From contig JBDHQM010000007.1 in the NCBI GenBank assembly GCA_039807095.1, forward strand, positions 9,388 through 73,387: a stretch of DNA of 64,000 bases, in the 5' to 3' direction. The position numbers were made by a program, and so were the translations under genes. The notes under the pieces were generated by a model. It saw only the letters and a list, made by a program, of their open reading frames with translations, did no database searches and was not told the DNA's origin. Positions 25,453-36,093 of the stretch are shown here, one piece after another. This DNA is from Kiritimatiellia bacterium (GTDB lineage: Bacteria > Verrucomicrobiota > Kiritimatiellia > CAIVKH01). Positions within the stretch are counted from its first letter, which is position 1; the number at the start of each line of letters is the position of its first letter.

Positions 25453-26892
25453 ATGAAAGGTGCCGTATTCCTTTTGCTCGTATTAGGGTGTCTTTGGGGG
25501 GGCGCCGCCCACGCGCAGGCGCCGCAGTTGATCAATTATCAAGGTCGGCTGCTGAATGGAACAAATCTGGTGAACGGAAGCGTCGGGCTTTCGCTGCGGC
25601 TGTTTCGTTCAGAGATGGGCGGCACAGCCCTCTATGAAGACTCGAATACGGTCATCGTCGTGGATGGTCTGTATTCGACCTACATCGGGGATAATCCCAC
25701 CAATGGCGCTTTTATCGCGGCATTGACGAATGCGGAAGTGTGGATTGAAACGGCCGTGAACGGGCAAACGTTGACGCCCCGCGAGCGCCTGGCATCCGTA
25801 GGCTATTCGCTGGCAACGCGCGGACTGCTGGTAACCACAAATGGCTCGGTCGTCCACAACCCGAACGACAACACGACCGGGGACGATTCGTTCTATGCGG
25901 CCATCGGCGGCGGGCTGGGCAACAGGAATAATTCACCTGCAGGAACCATCGGTGGAGGATACCTGAATGACCTTGGAATTGACACGTATTACTCAATAAT
26001 CGGTGGCGGATACTCGAATAGCGTCAAGAGCCCTGCGAGTTATTCTATTATCAGCGGCGGGGCCGAGAACACGATTGAGAGCAATGCATCTCATTCGACC
26101 ATCGGCGGCGGCCGCAACAACAAAGCGCAGCGCGGCGCCACTTATGCGACGATCGGCGGCGGACGTCATAATGTCGTTGGATCTAATGTCTCCTACTCTG
26201 CCATCGGCGGTGGGTATAGCAATAGGAACAATTCATCGTATTCAACCATTGATGGCGGCTACGGCAACAGCATTGGAACGAACTCCGACTACTCGACTAT
26301 CAACGGGGGATACAACAACGTCATCGCATCTAACAGCCCCTACGGCATGATCGGTGGAGGCTACAACAACAAGATCGGCACGAATGCGCCGTTCTCCTTC
26401 GCTGCCGGGTATTCTGCTGCCGCGAATCATCCGGGTGCATTTGTCTGGGGTGGTTACTACAGCGGTTCAATTGCCTCCACCAATGAGAACTCGGTCACAT
26501 TCCGCGCGCATGGCGGCTTCCGTATTTTTACGTCTGTCGGAGTGGGGGCTCAGCTGCCGCCCGGAAGCGGATCGTGGGTGATCATGAGCGACGGAAACAC
26601 GAAGGAGAACTATCGCGAGGTGGATGGCGCGCAGATTCTCGACCGTATTGCCGCCCTGCCCGTGCGGGAGTGGAACTACAAGACGCAGGCAGACACGATC
26701 CGGCACATGGGGCCGACGGCGCAGGATTTTCGCGCGGCGTTCGGCCTTGGCGAAAGCGACACCGGCATCGCCACAGTGGACGCCGACGGCGTCGCGCTCG
26801 CGGCGATTCAGGCGCTGGTGAAGCAAAATACTCAGCTCCAAAATGACATCGAGGAATTGAGAGCGCGATTGGACGCTGTCGAAAACCGTTGA
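25453..26892 (+). CDS. Secreted tail-fibre-like protein. It has a signal peptide, about 12 copies of a 14-aa Gly-rich repeat (S-x-S-T-I-G-G-G-Y-x-N), and a C-terminal Peptidase_S74 intramolecular-chaperone domain.
   Basis: The signal is 'MKGAVFLLLVLGCLWGGAAHA'. The repeats read 'YSIIGGGYSNSVKSPASYSIISGGAENTIESNASHSTIGGGRNN...'. The C-terminus 'VIMS|DGNTKENYREVDGAQILDRIAALPVREWNYK...IRHMGPTAQDF...VDADGVALAAIQALVKQNTQLQNDIEELRARL' matches the endosialidase-chaperone autocleavage module. Confidence 0.65.
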   Translation: MKGAVFLLLVLGCLWGGAAHAQAPQLINYQGRLLNGTNLVNGSVGLSLRLFRSEMGGTALYEDSNTVIVVDGLYSTYIGDNPTNGAFIAALTNAEVWIETAVNGQTLTPRERLASVGYSLATRGLLVTTNGSVVHNPNDNTTGDDSFYAAIGGGLGNRNNSPAGTIGGGYLNDLGIDTYYSIIGGGYSNSVKSPASYSIISGGAENTIESNASHSTIGGGRNNKAQRGATYATIGGGRHNVVGSNVSYSAIGGGYSNRNNSSYSTIDGGYGNSIGTNSDYSTINGGYNNVIASNSPYGMIGGGYNNKIGTNAPFSFAAGYSAAANHPGAFVWGGYYSGSIASTNENSVTFRAHGGFRIFTSVGVGAQLPPGSGSWVIMSDGNTKENYREVDGAQILDRIAALPVREWNYKTQADTIRHMGPTAQDFRAAFGLGESDTGIATVDADGVALAAIQALVKQNTQLQNDIEELRARLDAVENR

Positions 26893-26911
26893 CGTTTCGG
26901 GGCGAGAAACC

Positions 26912-27580
26912 ATGAACCGAATACTGTGTATTGTTGGGGTTTTCCTGGCGGGTGTGTTGGTAGGGTCGGCGCAATACGCGAAGAGCAGCAGCGTGCTGGA
27001 TGGTTCCGGCACGCGCGCGAGTGGCGGTGTGTATGCCAACCTCAGCGCCGCCGGCCAGCCCGGCGGCATCGCGGAATCCAGCGGCGGCAGCTATGTGAAT
27101 CAGGCCGGCTTTCTTCAGACCTTTTTTATGAAGCCGGGTCTCGATACGGATGGTGACGGCGTGCCGGATGAGGCGGATCAGGACAACGATGGTGACTTGT
27201 TGAGCGATGTTGCGGAAATCGCCGGGAGCGCCTTTAATCCGATGACGGCCACGCTGGTGAACGAGGCCGATACGGACGGGGATGGAATGCCGGACGGCGC
27301 GGAGTCCGTGGCGGGCACCGATCCGACCAATCCGGACGCCCTGTTGAAAATTGTTCGAATTGCGCGGAGCAGCATTGCGGACATCTCCTGGACGGCGCGC
27401 AGCAATAAGACCTACAGAATTCTCTTCGCCACCACGCCTCTGCAACCGGTCACCAATGTGCTGACAACCGTCACGGCGTCGGATTTTGCCGCGGCGCCGT
27501 GGTATGTGCTGACGAACACGGTCACCGATGCGACCGGACCGCATACCTCGCGCGTGTACGGGGTACAGGTACTGCCGTAG
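26912..27580 (+). CDS. Small secreted protein with a TSP3-like Asp-loop pair and the 'YRI/FYRV'-type C-terminal beta domain, 19 nt downstream of the tail-fibre-like gene.
   Basis: The signal is 'MNRILCIVGVFLAGVLVGSA'. Then 'DTDGDGVPDEADQDNDGDLLSDVAE...DTDGDGMPDGAESVAGTDPTNPDALLKIVRIARSSIADISWTARSNKTYRILFATTPL'. Confidence 0.5.
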   Translation: MNRILCIVGVFLAGVLVGSAQYAKSSSVLDGSGTRASGGVYANLSAAGQPGGIAESSGGSYVNQAGFLQTFFMKPGLDTDGDGVPDEADQDNDGDLLSDVAEIAGSAFNPMTATLVNEADTDGDGMPDGAESVAGTDPTNPDALLKIVRIARSSIADISWTARSNKTYRILFATTPLQPVTNVLTTVTASDFAAAPWYVLTNTVTDATGPHTSRVYGVQVLP

Positions 27581-27733
27581 TCGCAAAAAAGTTCCAACCG
27601 TTGAATGGGACCGGGGTGGGACCAGGGGCAGCCCAACAGAAGAAAAATAAAGGAGGGGCAGGGGCAATAGTTGAAGCTCACCTCGAGTATCAAAACTTTT
27701 GAGGCAAAAAGATATCCGCCGCGCGGGAGAGCA

Positions 27734-28429
27734 TTACGGCAAAGTTTTGGCGCTGTCTGCCGCGTAAACAGCAAGGCGGATGCGCTGTCGCGTTTCCCAG
27801 AGCAATGCGATGAGTGGGAGCAGCGGGGGCAGGAACAGCATAATGATGCTCGTGCGCGCCTGTGGTTCGGAGTAATAGAGGATGCGCAAGAGTTCGTACC
27901 ACGGCATATCACTGGCGAAGCGCCGACTGCTCCAAATGAGGATCGAAAACATGAGCGCAGAAATAAGGGTGGCCGAGGCTGCGCTGAGATAGACTTCGAC
28001 ATGCAAGACCCGATCCTTCAGGTACTGGGCAATCTCGCGTGCAAGCAGATGAATCAGTATCAACGCAGACCCTGTTGAAAATGCCAGCAGCGCGAGGTTC
28101 AGGAGACGATAGGTACGCGGTGCAATGGGATGCCACCAACCGAGGTATGGAAGTAGATACAGTTGGAGAAGAATTGCGAAGAAGAAGAAGCCGGAGTGGG
28201 ACCTCCACACGGGTGTGAGGGGAGGGACGCGGAAGATACGCCACGCCCCGGCGATCCAGAGAAGGGCGGGCAGCGCGGAGATCGGGATGCTCAGGCGTGA
28301 GAGCAAGGGGATTTGCAGGAAGCCGGACCACAACGAGAAGAAGAGCAGCAGGCCGAAGAGGAGCAGGGCGCAGCCGTCGGCAATGCGCAATAGGGCGAGG
28401 CTATTCGGTGCTGGGTACTCTTGGCTCAC
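27734..28429 (-). CDS. Polytopic inner-membrane protein of unknown family.
   Basis: 231 aa with about 6-7 hydrophobic helices. I recognise no signature motif. Confidence 0.4.
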   Translation of the reverse strand: MSQEYPAPNSLALLRIADGCALLLFGLLLFFSLWSGFLQIPLLSRLSIPISALPALLWIAGAWRIFRVPPLTPVWRSHSGFFFFAILLQLYLLPYLGWWHPIAPRTYRLLNLALLAFSTGSALILIHLLAREIAQYLKDRVLHVEVYLSAASATLISALMFSILIWSSRRFASDMPWYELLRILYYSEPQARTSIIMLFLPPLLPLIALLWETRQRIRLAVYAADSAKTLP

Positions 28430-28555
28430 GCGGTATCGTTATGAAGGATTCCGGAATCTGTGGCAATCGCTCGCTTTGTTTCGCGGGCCGAAAATTTGAG
28501 ATGGTAACGCGGACGTAGCTTGAGATTTGTACCGTCTGTCGCGTATGCTGCGCCC

Positions 28556-29644
28556 ATGTCCAGTACATTCGGTAGATATTTTCGGGTCACAACGTTTGGC
28601 GAATCGCACTGCAAGGCGGTGGGCGCCATTGTTGACGGCTGTCCTCCGCGCCTTGAACTGACAGAGGCTGATATTCAACCGCAGCTCGACCGGCGACGCC
28701 CCGGGCAGAGTAGCGTGAATACGCCGCGGCAGGAGAGCGATACGGTGACGATTCTGTCGGGGACGGAGAACGGGCTGACACTGGGCACACCGATTGGACT
28801 CTATGTCCCGAACAAAGACCAGCGCCCCGGCGATTATAAAGCGATGTCGGACATTCCGCGTCCGTCTCACGCGGATTTTACCTACCAGAAAAAGTACGGC
28901 ATCCGCGCTTCCAGCGGTGGTGGCCGTTCCAGCGCGCGTGAGACAATCGGGCGTGTCGCCGCAGGCGCTATTGCAGACAAGTGGTTGCGCCAGAATTTCG
29001 GCGTGGAAATTGTTGCATGGGTGAGCACTGTGGGGCATTTGACTGCACCCGCGATTGACATGGAAGCGATCACCCGCGCCGAGGTGGATTCAACGATTAT
29101 CCGTTGTCCTCATCGAGCGACGGCGGAGCAAATGATTGACGCAGTGTCCGCCGCCCGCGAGGCGCAAGATTCGCTTGGCGGTATTGTTACCTGTGTATGC
29201 CGCCATGTACCGGTTGGATTGGGCGAACCTGTTTTCGAAAAGCTGGAAGCGCGTTTGGCGCAGGCGATGCTTTCGATTCCCGCGACGAAGGGCTTTGATA
29301 TCGGGTCGGGATTTTCGTGCGTCAACCTGCCGGGCAGCAAGCACAACGATCCGTTTGTCTGGAAGGGTGATCGCCTGGGCACGCGCACAAATAATAGTGG
29401 CGGCATTCAAGGTGGAATTAGCAATGGCGAGCCGATTTATTTTCGCGTGGCGATCAAGCCGCCCGCGACGATTAGTCAGGCTCAGCAGACTGCCAACTTC
29501 GATGGGGAGGAGACCGTTTTGGAGGCGAAGGGCCGGCATGATCCATGCGTGGTGAACCGGGCCGTTCCGATTATTGAGTCAATGGCTGCACTGGTGTTGA
29601 TGGACGCCGTGATGGCGCAGCGCGCGCGCGGATGGATCGAATAG
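28556..29644 (+). CDS. aroC: Chorismate synthase.
   Basis: '[33 protein letters not shown]' is the signature N-terminus. Confidence 0.9.
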   Translation: MSSTFGRYFRVTTFGESHCKAVGAIVDGCPPRLELTEADIQPQLDRRRPGQSSVNTPRQESDTVTILSGTENGLTLGTPIGLYVPNKDQRPGDYKAMSDIPRPSHADFTYQKKYGIRASSGGGRSSARETIGRVAAGAIADKWLRQNFGVEIVAWVSTVGHLTAPAIDMEAITRAEVDSTIIRCPHRATAEQMIDAVSAAREAQDSLGGIVTCVCRHVPVGLGEPVFEKLEARLAQAMLSIPATKGFDIGSGFSCVNLPGSKHNDPFVWKGDRLGTRTNNSGGIQGGISNGEPIYFRVAIKPPATISQAQQTANFDGEETVLEAKGRHDPCVVNRAVPIIESMAALVLMDAVMAQRARGWIE

Positions 29645-29658
29645 AGGGGCGGGCATTG

Positions 29659-30000
29659 ATGCACAAGAAAAGAATCCGATCGCGATTTCTCAGCATCGTT
29701 CTTGCGGGCAGTGTTGCCCTCGCGCTGCTTCCTGCGACGCCAGCGCGCGCGGAATCCAGCACGCTTGATCCCAATTTGACCATTGGCTTGCTGGTCGTTG
29801 TCGTTGGCGTGTTGGGTTGGGTTGCTTGGACGATTGACAAGGAAGACAAGGCCGACCGGATTCAAGCGCGAAGCGCGTTGCTTCCGCTGTATCAATCGGA
29901 CGATGATTCGGCGGCGATTGGCCTTCTTTTGGATCAGTCCAGCGCAGAGAGCGATGAACTCGCGTTCGCTGCGGGACTTGCGATCGGACGTCGCTTTTAG
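29659..30000 (+). CDS. Small secreted/membrane protein, hypothetical.
   Basis: Signal 'RFLSIVLAGSVALALLPATPARA' followed by a second hydrophobic helix, 'LTIGLLVVVVGVLGWVAWTI'. No recognised family. Confidence 0.3.
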   Translation: MHKKRIRSRFLSIVLAGSVALALLPATPARAESSTLDPNLTIGLLVVVVGVLGWVAWTIDKEDKADRIQARSALLPLYQSDDDSAAIGLLLDQSSAESDELAFAAGLAIGRRF

Positions 30001-31487
30001 GTCCGGTAGTTTGGCGCTTCTTTGCTGATTGTCACATCGTGAGCGTGGCCTTCGCGCGAGCCTGCGCCCGTGATGCGAACAAACTTCCCGCGCTTGCGCA
30101 GCTCCTCGATTGTCCGGCACCCACAGAAACCCATTGCCGCGCGGACGCCGCCACTGAACTGTGTGAGTACCTGTTTGACTGTTCCGGCGAAAGGAACCAT
30201 GCCCTCGATACCTTGCGGAACCAACTCGCTCTCCGGCGTGTCGGCGAGTCCGTAGCGCTCGCGGCTACCCTTGTTGGATTGCATCGCGCCGAGGCTGCCC
30301 ATGCCGCGATAGAGTACATACTGCCGGCCCTGATAGAGGAGCTTTTCGCCCGGACTCTCTTCCGTGCCCGCCAGGCAGGAACCCATCATTACGCTGCTTG
30401 CACCCGCCACCAGCGCTTTTGTCACATCGCCTGAATAGCGAATGCCACCGTCGGCGATGACGGGAATACTCTCTTCGAGCGCTGTTACAACATTATAGAT
30501 CGCGCTGATCTGCGGAACGCCTACACCCGTCACTACGCGTGTGGTACAGATCGAGCCGGGGCCGATGCCCACCTTCACGCCGTCTGCTCCGGCATCGCGC
30601 AAAGCGATCGCCGCCTCGGCTGTCACGATGTTGCCTGCGATCACATCAATGTGTTCGTAGTTCTTTTTGATCCAGCGTGTCATTTCGATGACGCCCTTCG
30701 TGTGTCCGTGCGCCGTGTCCACCACCAGCACATCCACCTGCTGAGCCGCCAGCGCCGCGACGCGTTCTTGATCGTTGGGTCCCACGGCTGCGCCGACGCG
30801 CAGGCGATAGTCTGCATCGCGGTTGTAGAGGGGTTGAATGTTGTGAATTAGGGTGCGAACGTCCGTGTAGCTGTAGAGACCGACAAGTTTTCCATTCTCG
30901 ACGAGCGGCAACTTGCCGATTTTATTTTTCACCATGATCTCGAACGCCTGTTCGAGCGAGGTGCCGCGCGGAGCGGTGATCAAGTCCTTGGTCATGATGT
31001 CGCGGATGCGCGCCCGCATGTCGCGGGAGAATTTGATGTCGGACGCCGTGAGGATACCGATTAGGCGTTCTTCTTCGTCTACAATGGGGAAGCCGTTGAA
31101 GTTGTAGCCCTTCTCCTCGCGCGTGTGGCGGACGTCGTCGAGCGTCTGATCTGCCCGGAATGTGATGGGGGAGGCGATCAATCCATTGAGATGGTTCTTC
31201 ACCTCGCGCACGAGAGCGGCCTGGCGCTCGGGCGTGAGGTTCTTGTGAATGATGCCGATGCCACCCAACATTGCCATTGCAATTGCCATGCGGGACTCCG
31301 TTACGGTATCCATAGCGGAACTGAGGAGCGGCGTATTCAGTGTCACGCGGCGCGAGAGTTTGGTTGTCAAATCTGCGTCGGCTGGCAGGAAATCTGCGTA
31401 GTCCGCGACCAGCGAGATATCGTCGAACGTGAGCGCTTCATGCGGGAAGGCCTGCATGAACAAAGCGAGATGAGGATTGAGAGTCAT
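29997..31487 (-). CDS. guaB: IMP dehydrogenase.
   Basis: '[20 protein letters not shown]', a CBS pair, and '[14 protein letters not shown]...' at the start. Confidence 0.9.
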   Translation of the reverse strand: MTLNPHLALFMQAFPHEALTFDDISLVADYADFLPADADLTTKLSRRVTLNTPLLSSAMDTVTESRMAIAMAMLGGIGIIHKNLTPERQAALVREVKNHLNGLIASPITFRADQTLDDVRHTREEKGYNFNGFPIVDEEERLIGILTASDIKFSRDMRARIRDIMTKDLITAPRGTSLEQAFEIMVKNKIGKLPLVENGKLVGLYSYTDVRTLIHNIQPLYNRDADYRLRVGAAVGPNDQERVAALAAQQVDVLVVDTAHGHTKGVIEMTRWIKKNYEHIDVIAGNIVTAEAAIALRDAGADGVKVGIGPGSICTTRVVTGVGVPQISAIYNVVTALEESIPVIADGGIRYSGDVTKALVAGASSVMMGSCLAGTEESPGEKLLYQGRQYVLYRGMGSLGAMQSNKGSRERYGLADTPESELVPQGIEGMVPFAGTVKQVLTQFSGGVRAAMGFCGCRTIEELRKRGKFVRITGAGSREGHAHDVTISKEAPNYRT

Positions 31488-31591
31488 TTGTTTTCCTTTT
31501 GCCCGCGGCACGATGGGGACGTCGGTCGGACATGTCAAACGATAATTCCAACTTCGCGTTTCATAAAAATTGCAAAAAGAGAATCATCGTG

Positions 31592-31621
31592 TTGACCTCC
31601 TTTTGCGGTGCGTCATATACT
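31592..31621 (+). promoter_or_regulatory. Candidate sigma70-type promoter, TTGACC-N18-TATACT, ~60 nt upstream of the 31682 gene.
   Basis: 'gTTGACCtccttttgcggtgcgtcaTATACTg' in an AT-rich divergent intergenic region. Confidence 0.35.
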
Positions 31622-31681
31622 GCGCCCCGTTACTTGCACATGACGTCGAAGAACCACAGTTCAAGAATTCGGAGGCTCAGC

Positions 31682-32281
31682 ATGAAATCCGCGTGGCTTC
31701 GCACCGCACTTCCCGTGTTCATTGCGGCGCTTTTTCTGCACAGCCCTTCGCCCGCTGCGGCACAGCAGGGGGGCGCTTCGGTTCCGCTGATTGTGAGGAA
31801 GGTCTCCGGCGGAAAGGTCGAGACGCCGGAGTATCAACTCAAGAAGAGCCAGTTCGTTGCGCGTACCCGCCAGTGGTTTCAGATCATTGTGGATTACGAC
31901 ACCGCCCCCGACTGGTTGGACGATGCGACCTTCACCTATTATGTCCTCGTGCGCTCCAAGAAGCCGGAAGCCGGCAAGAATCCTCTCACGCTGTTCAAGG
32001 GCGAGGTCACATACCGCGACATTGAGCGCGGCAAGCACAAGAGCGATATTTATTTGCATCCCAGCACCGTCTCTCGCTTTGGAGATGTGGAACGCGTGGC
32101 GGTACTCGTGAATGTCGGCGGGCGTCTCGTTGCGATGGATGGTCTTCCGAGCGGATCGGCGCAGCAGCGTTGGTGGGAGCAGCTCTCGCCGCTCGATGGC
32201 TATTTGCAGAACCGGATGCAGACGCCGTTTGCGATGATTCACTTTGATGATTACGAGGCGATCAAGCCCGCGCGGAACTAA
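31682..32281 (+). CDS. Secreted hypothetical protein immediately upstream of the pilus-assembly cluster.
   Basis: Signal peptide 'MKSAWLRTALPVFIAALFLHSPSPAAAQ'. No recognised domain. Confidence 0.5.
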   Translation: MKSAWLRTALPVFIAALFLHSPSPAAAQQGGASVPLIVRKVSGGKVETPEYQLKKSQFVARTRQWFQIIVDYDTAPDWLDDATFTYYVLVRSKKPEAGKNPLTLFKGEVTYRDIERGKHKSDIYLHPSTVSRFGDVERVAVLVNVGGRLVAMDGLPSGSAQQRWWEQLSPLDGYLQNRMQTPFAMIHFDDYEAIKPARN

Positions 32282-32303
32282 GCGATAACGAGTTGGTCGA
32301 ATT

Positions 32304-33986
32304 ATGCAACGAATTCTAACCCTGGATATCGGCGCTAGCAGCATCAAGCTGGGCGAATTTGCGGCGCTGAAATCAGGCGGGCTTGAGCTCATCAATTTCG
32401 GGGTGAGCTCGCTCATGCTTGATCCGCAGGCGGAGGAAGAGCGGGTTGCGCAAATAGTCGCGACGATCAAAGAGCTCATGCAGGAGCACGGCATCAAGCC
32501 GGGGCCGGTGTTGCTGAGTGTGTCGGGGCAGGCGGTGTTCTCGCGTTTTGTTAAGCTGCCGCCGGTGGACAAAGAGAAGGTCTATCAGATCATTCTGTAT
32601 GAGGCCCAGCAGAACGTTCCGTTCCCGATTCAGGAGGTTGTGTGGGACTATCAGTTGATCGGACGCGGCGAGGGTGAGCTCGATGTGATGCTCGCGGCGA
32701 TCAAGGCTGACATCATCATTCAATTGACCGAGGCCGTCGAGCGGACGGGGCTTCAGACCGATCTTGTGGACGTGTCGCCGATGGCGCTCTACAACGCTGT
32801 ACGGTTCAACTATAACGATACGAGCGATTGTACCCTTGTGATTGATATCGGCGCCCGCTCGACCGATTTGATCTTCCTGGAAGAAGGGCGGGTCTTTATC
32901 CGCAGTGTGCCGGTTGCCGGCAACGTCATCACGCAGCAAATCATGCGTGAGTTCGAACTCAATTTTGACGACGCAGAAGAGATGAAGCGCGCACACGCCT
33001 TTGTCGCGTTCGGCGGCGCGTATGAAGAGCCGAAGAGCGAAGTTGCGGACAAGGTCTCCAAAATTGTCCGCAACGTAATGACGCGTATGCATGCGGAGAT
33101 TGATCGCTCGATTAAGTTCTACCGCAGCCAACAGAATGGCCAGAACCCCGCTCGCATTCTGCTTACAGGCGGGACCTCGGTCATTCCCTATACGGACACA
33201 TTCCTGAAGGACAAGCTGAAGGTTGACGTGGATTATCTCAATCCTTTCATTAATGTCCCGGTTAGCGCCTCGATTGATGCAGAAGAAATCGGACGACATG
33301 CGCATCAGTTGCCGCAGTTGGTCGGCCTGGCGCTGCGCAAGGTGCATGCGTGCCCCATTGAAATCAATTTGTTGCCGCCGAAGTCTGTCAAAGAGAAGAG
33401 CTTCCGCCGGAAGCAACCGTTGTTGGTCGGTGCGGCATTTGCGCTGGTGATGATCTTTGTTGTTTGGGCGCTCTATTTCCTAAAGATGACCGCGGTTGCT
33501 GAGGAGCAATTGGATCGCGTGAAAGGCAATGTGGCGGATTTGGAGCAGGTCGCGCGCCCTCTGCGAGAGACTGAGTCAAAAATTGCATTTCTCCAGTCGC
33601 GTGTTACGGACGTAGATGCGGTGGTGGCCAAACGGACAGAGTGGCTCACTATTCTCAGCGAGATTCAAACGGTGTTGCCGCCGGATTTGTTTCTCTTGCA
33701 CGTCAATCCGATTCGAGTCCCGCCCATTGACCCCAATCGTCCGCCGGTTGGAGGGGAGGAGCAGAGCGCACCGCCGGGCACCCTTGTCAGTATTGATGTC
33801 GAGGGCGCCGGTTATCTGGATAAAGTCACGTCGGCCACCCCGATTCGCGAATATCGAGATAAACTGCGGGAGGCCAAGTTGTTTTCACCTGCGACGGAAA
33901 TCACGTGGCTGCCGAACCCGGCGCAAGACCAATATGTGCGTCGCTTCAAGATTAACATTGTTCTGAAAGAGCCGGTGCGTCCATGA
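32304..33986 (+). CDS. pilM: Type IV pilus assembly PilM (actin-like ATPase fold) fused to PilN.
   Basis: 'ILTLDIGASSIKLGEF' gives the PilM N-terminus. After ~350 aa comes 'EINLLPPKSVKEKSFRRKQPLLVGAAFALVMIFVVWALYF', a PilN-type TM segment with the INLLP motif. Confidence 0.75.
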   Translation: MQRILTLDIGASSIKLGEFAALKSGGLELINFGVSSLMLDPQAEEERVAQIVATIKELMQEHGIKPGPVLLSVSGQAVFSRFVKLPPVDKEKVYQIILYEAQQNVPFPIQEVVWDYQLIGRGEGELDVMLAAIKADIIIQLTEAVERTGLQTDLVDVSPMALYNAVRFNYNDTSDCTLVIDIGARSTDLIFLEEGRVFIRSVPVAGNVITQQIMREFELNFDDAEEMKRAHAFVAFGGAYEEPKSEVADKVSKIVRNVMTRMHAEIDRSIKFYRSQQNGQNPARILLTGGTSVIPYTDTFLKDKLKVDVDYLNPFINVPVSASIDAEEIGRHAHQLPQLVGLALRKVHACPIEINLLPPKSVKEKSFRRKQPLLVGAAFALVMIFVVWALYFLKMTAVAEEQLDRVKGNVADLEQVARPLRETESKIAFLQSRVTDVDAVVAKRTEWLTILSEIQTVLPPDLFLLHVNPIRVPPIDPNRPPVGGEEQSAPPGTLVSIDVEGAGYLDKVTSATPIREYRDKLREAKLFSPATEITWLPNPAQDQYVRRFKINIVLKEPVRP

Positions 33987-34954
33987 ACTGGCGCAAACAC
34001 ATCGTATTGATCGTCGGCGGTGGAATTGCCGTCCTGCTCCTCATCGGCGCCACTGTGTTCCTCACGCGTTCGATGGGGAAGTATAATCAGGTCAAGAGCG
34101 ACCTTGATCAAGGCATGCAGCGCCTTGAAACTCTTACGCGCCGCGATCCTTATCCGTCTGCAGCCAACATCAAGCAGGTGGACGCCAATCTCGGAACACT
34201 CAAAGAGGCTGCTTCCGTTCTACAGGATACGATTTTGCGCGGACAGGTTCGTCCGGAGTCCATCGAAATTGCAGAATTCGCGCCCATGCTGGAGCGGACA
34301 AGCAAGCGTCTGGCCAAGCGCGCTGCCGATGCTGGAATTACATTGCCCGTACCGTTCAGCCTAGGAATGGCGCGCTATTCCGCAGGCGAGCTGCCCTCGC
34401 CGGAGGCCCTGCCGCGCCTGGTGATTCAGCTCAAGAGTATGGAGGCGATTGGGCAGATTCTGCTGCAGTCACATATATCCTCTCTCCTCAGTATCGAGCG
34501 GCAGGAGTTTGAATCCGGCGCTCAGTCGCAAGGCGAAGAACAGCCCACGATGCGCCGGCGTCAGGCTGCGCAGGACACGCAAGCGCCGACACTGCTTTCC
34601 GCGATTCCGATGCCGGCCAGCAACACACTCTATGAAGTGGAGCGGTTCCGCGTCGTGTTTCAGGCGCGAGACGTAAATGTATGGGAGGCCCTCAACCAGC
34701 TTGCGAAGGCACCGCTCCTGGTTTCCGTTGTGGACGTACAGCTTCAAAATACTGCGGCCGATTTGATCGGCAAAGCCACTCCGCTTACGCCGATCGGCGG
34801 CGAACAGGCCGCTGCTGCAGCCAGCGCGTTATCTCTTCAGGCACGCTATCCCACACATGAGGAACGCGTCGTTGCAGGCCGCGAGTTGATACAGGTCACG
34901 CTCGTGCTCGATGTGTACCGCCTTGTTCGGGAGATCAAGGAGGATGCGCCGTGA
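33983..34954 (+). CDS. PilO-like bitopic pilus-assembly protein.
   Basis: N-terminal TM '[21 protein letters not shown]', then a coiled-coil and an alpha/beta periplasmic part. The position fits PilO in a pilMNOPQ order. Confidence 0.5.
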   Translation: MNWRKHIVLIVGGGIAVLLLIGATVFLTRSMGKYNQVKSDLDQGMQRLETLTRRDPYPSAANIKQVDANLGTLKEAASVLQDTILRGQVRPESIEIAEFAPMLERTSKRLAKRAADAGITLPVPFSLGMARYSAGELPSPEALPRLVIQLKSMEAIGQILLQSHISSLLSIERQEFESGAQSQGEEQPTMRRRQAAQDTQAPTLLSAIPMPASNTLYEVERFRVVFQARDVNVWEALNQLAKAPLLVSVVDVQLQNTAADLIGKATPLTPIGGEQAAAAASALSLQARYPTHEERVVAGRELIQVTLVLDVYRLVREIKEDAP

Positions 34955-36003
34955 TTGGCAACGCGAAAAAGCCCGGCGGTTCCTGGATGGAGCAGAACTA
35001 TGACAAGCTTGCCTTGGTCATCATGCTCTTGGTTCTGTTGATATCCGCTCTGTTGCTGGTGCTGAGAATCGGTGAACAGCGAAAGAGTTTCAATGCCCGC
35101 TATGCCAGCGAGACGTCCTCGACAGGCGTCCCGGCCAAGGCGCTCGACGTTGCGCAGGTGAGCAACCTTCTGGCGCGTTTGGCCAGTCCGTTCCAAGCCC
35201 AGGTATCCGGCAAGGGATTCATGGTCGGCGAAGTGCGGGTTGCCAGCATTCCCAGCGGCGCACCGATCCCGTTCAAAGCCACAGTGGACCCGTTCAACAA
35301 CACCGAGCAACCTGCGGTTGACTTTGATCCTGACAGCGATGGCGACGGCATCCCGGATAAAGTTGAGCTTCAATTGGGCTTGAATCCTGCGGATCCGACG
35401 GATGCCCGTGCGGACTTGGATGGAGACGGCTACTCCAATTTGGAAGAATATCTGGCGGGGACTGACCCGAATGATCCCAACTCGTTCCCGCCACCCGTTG
35501 CGAAACTCCGCCTTGTGCGCACGGTAATCAATCCGTTCAAACTGCGCTTCCTCGGCAGCTCACTGCTTCCCGACGGGGTTCGTTTCCAGCTCAATTTACG
35601 CACCCTTGAGCGCACCTACTTTGCGCGCATCGGCGAGGATGTGGAAGGATATCGCGTCGTAAGTTTTGACGACAAGGCTGCTGAAGGGCCGACGCTGACG
35701 TTGGAGAAGGACGGTAGCAGTATTCGTCTCGTCCAGGGACGCGTTATCAATCAGGAAGCGCGCACCGCGCTGCTGATTTTCCTGTTGGACAACAGTCGCT
35801 ATCGCATACAGAAGGGCGACGAGATTAAGTTGAAAGACCTTGTGTATAATGTCGTTGACATCAGGGAAGATCGTGTCGTAATACGCGAACAGCAAACGGG
35901 TAAGCAAACGGTTGTAAATCTGCTTACGCCGGAAGAGCGGGCAGTGTTGCAGGGTGGGGCGGCTCCGTCGTCAAACGAAGCAGCTGCGCCGGTTTTTCCT
36001 TAG
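34951..36003 (+). CDS. PilP-like, TM-anchored periplasmic protein carrying a TSP3-like Asp-loop pair.
   Basis: TM '[19 protein letters not shown]'. Then '[51 protein letters not shown]' and a beta-rich C-terminus. It sits directly upstream of the secretin. Confidence 0.4.
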   Translation: MIGNAKKPGGSWMEQNYDKLALVIMLLVLLISALLLVLRIGEQRKSFNARYASETSSTGVPAKALDVAQVSNLLARLASPFQAQVSGKGFMVGEVRVASIPSGAPIPFKATVDPFNNTEQPAVDFDPDSDGDGIPDKVELQLGLNPADPTDARADLDGDGYSNLEEYLAGTDPNDPNSFPPPVAKLRLVRTVINPFKLRFLGSSLLPDGVRFQLNLRTLERTYFARIGEDVEGYRVVSFDDKAAEGPTLTLEKDGSSIRLVQGRVINQEARTALLIFLLDNSRYRIQKGDEIKLKDLVYNVVDIREDRVVIREQQTGKQTVVNLLTPEERAVLQGGAAPSSNEAAAPVFP

Positions 36004-36093
36004 TGTTTTCGGTGTTTATTGGTCAGAGAAAAGTTTGAGGAAAGAGAAATTGGGCTTGTTTCAGGCTGCAGGACATTGTGAAGGAGTGACTTT

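Noticed and set aside
25453-26892. A prophage or tailocin island around the tail-fibre-like gene.
   Set aside because: No other phage structural, lysis or integration genes lie within ±20 kb. The flanks are housekeeping genes on the same strand.
26582-27667. 361-aa minus-strand ORF overlapping the tail-fibre 3' end and the TSP3 protein gene.
   Set aside because: It is antisense to two well-supported + strand genes and has Arg/Pro-rich low-complexity translation.
27412-28002. 196-aa minus-strand ORF overlapping the 27734-28429 membrane-protein gene in another frame.
   Set aside because: The longer overlapping ORF has a coherent polytopic membrane profile. This one is Cys/Ser/Arg-rich with no hydropathy logic.
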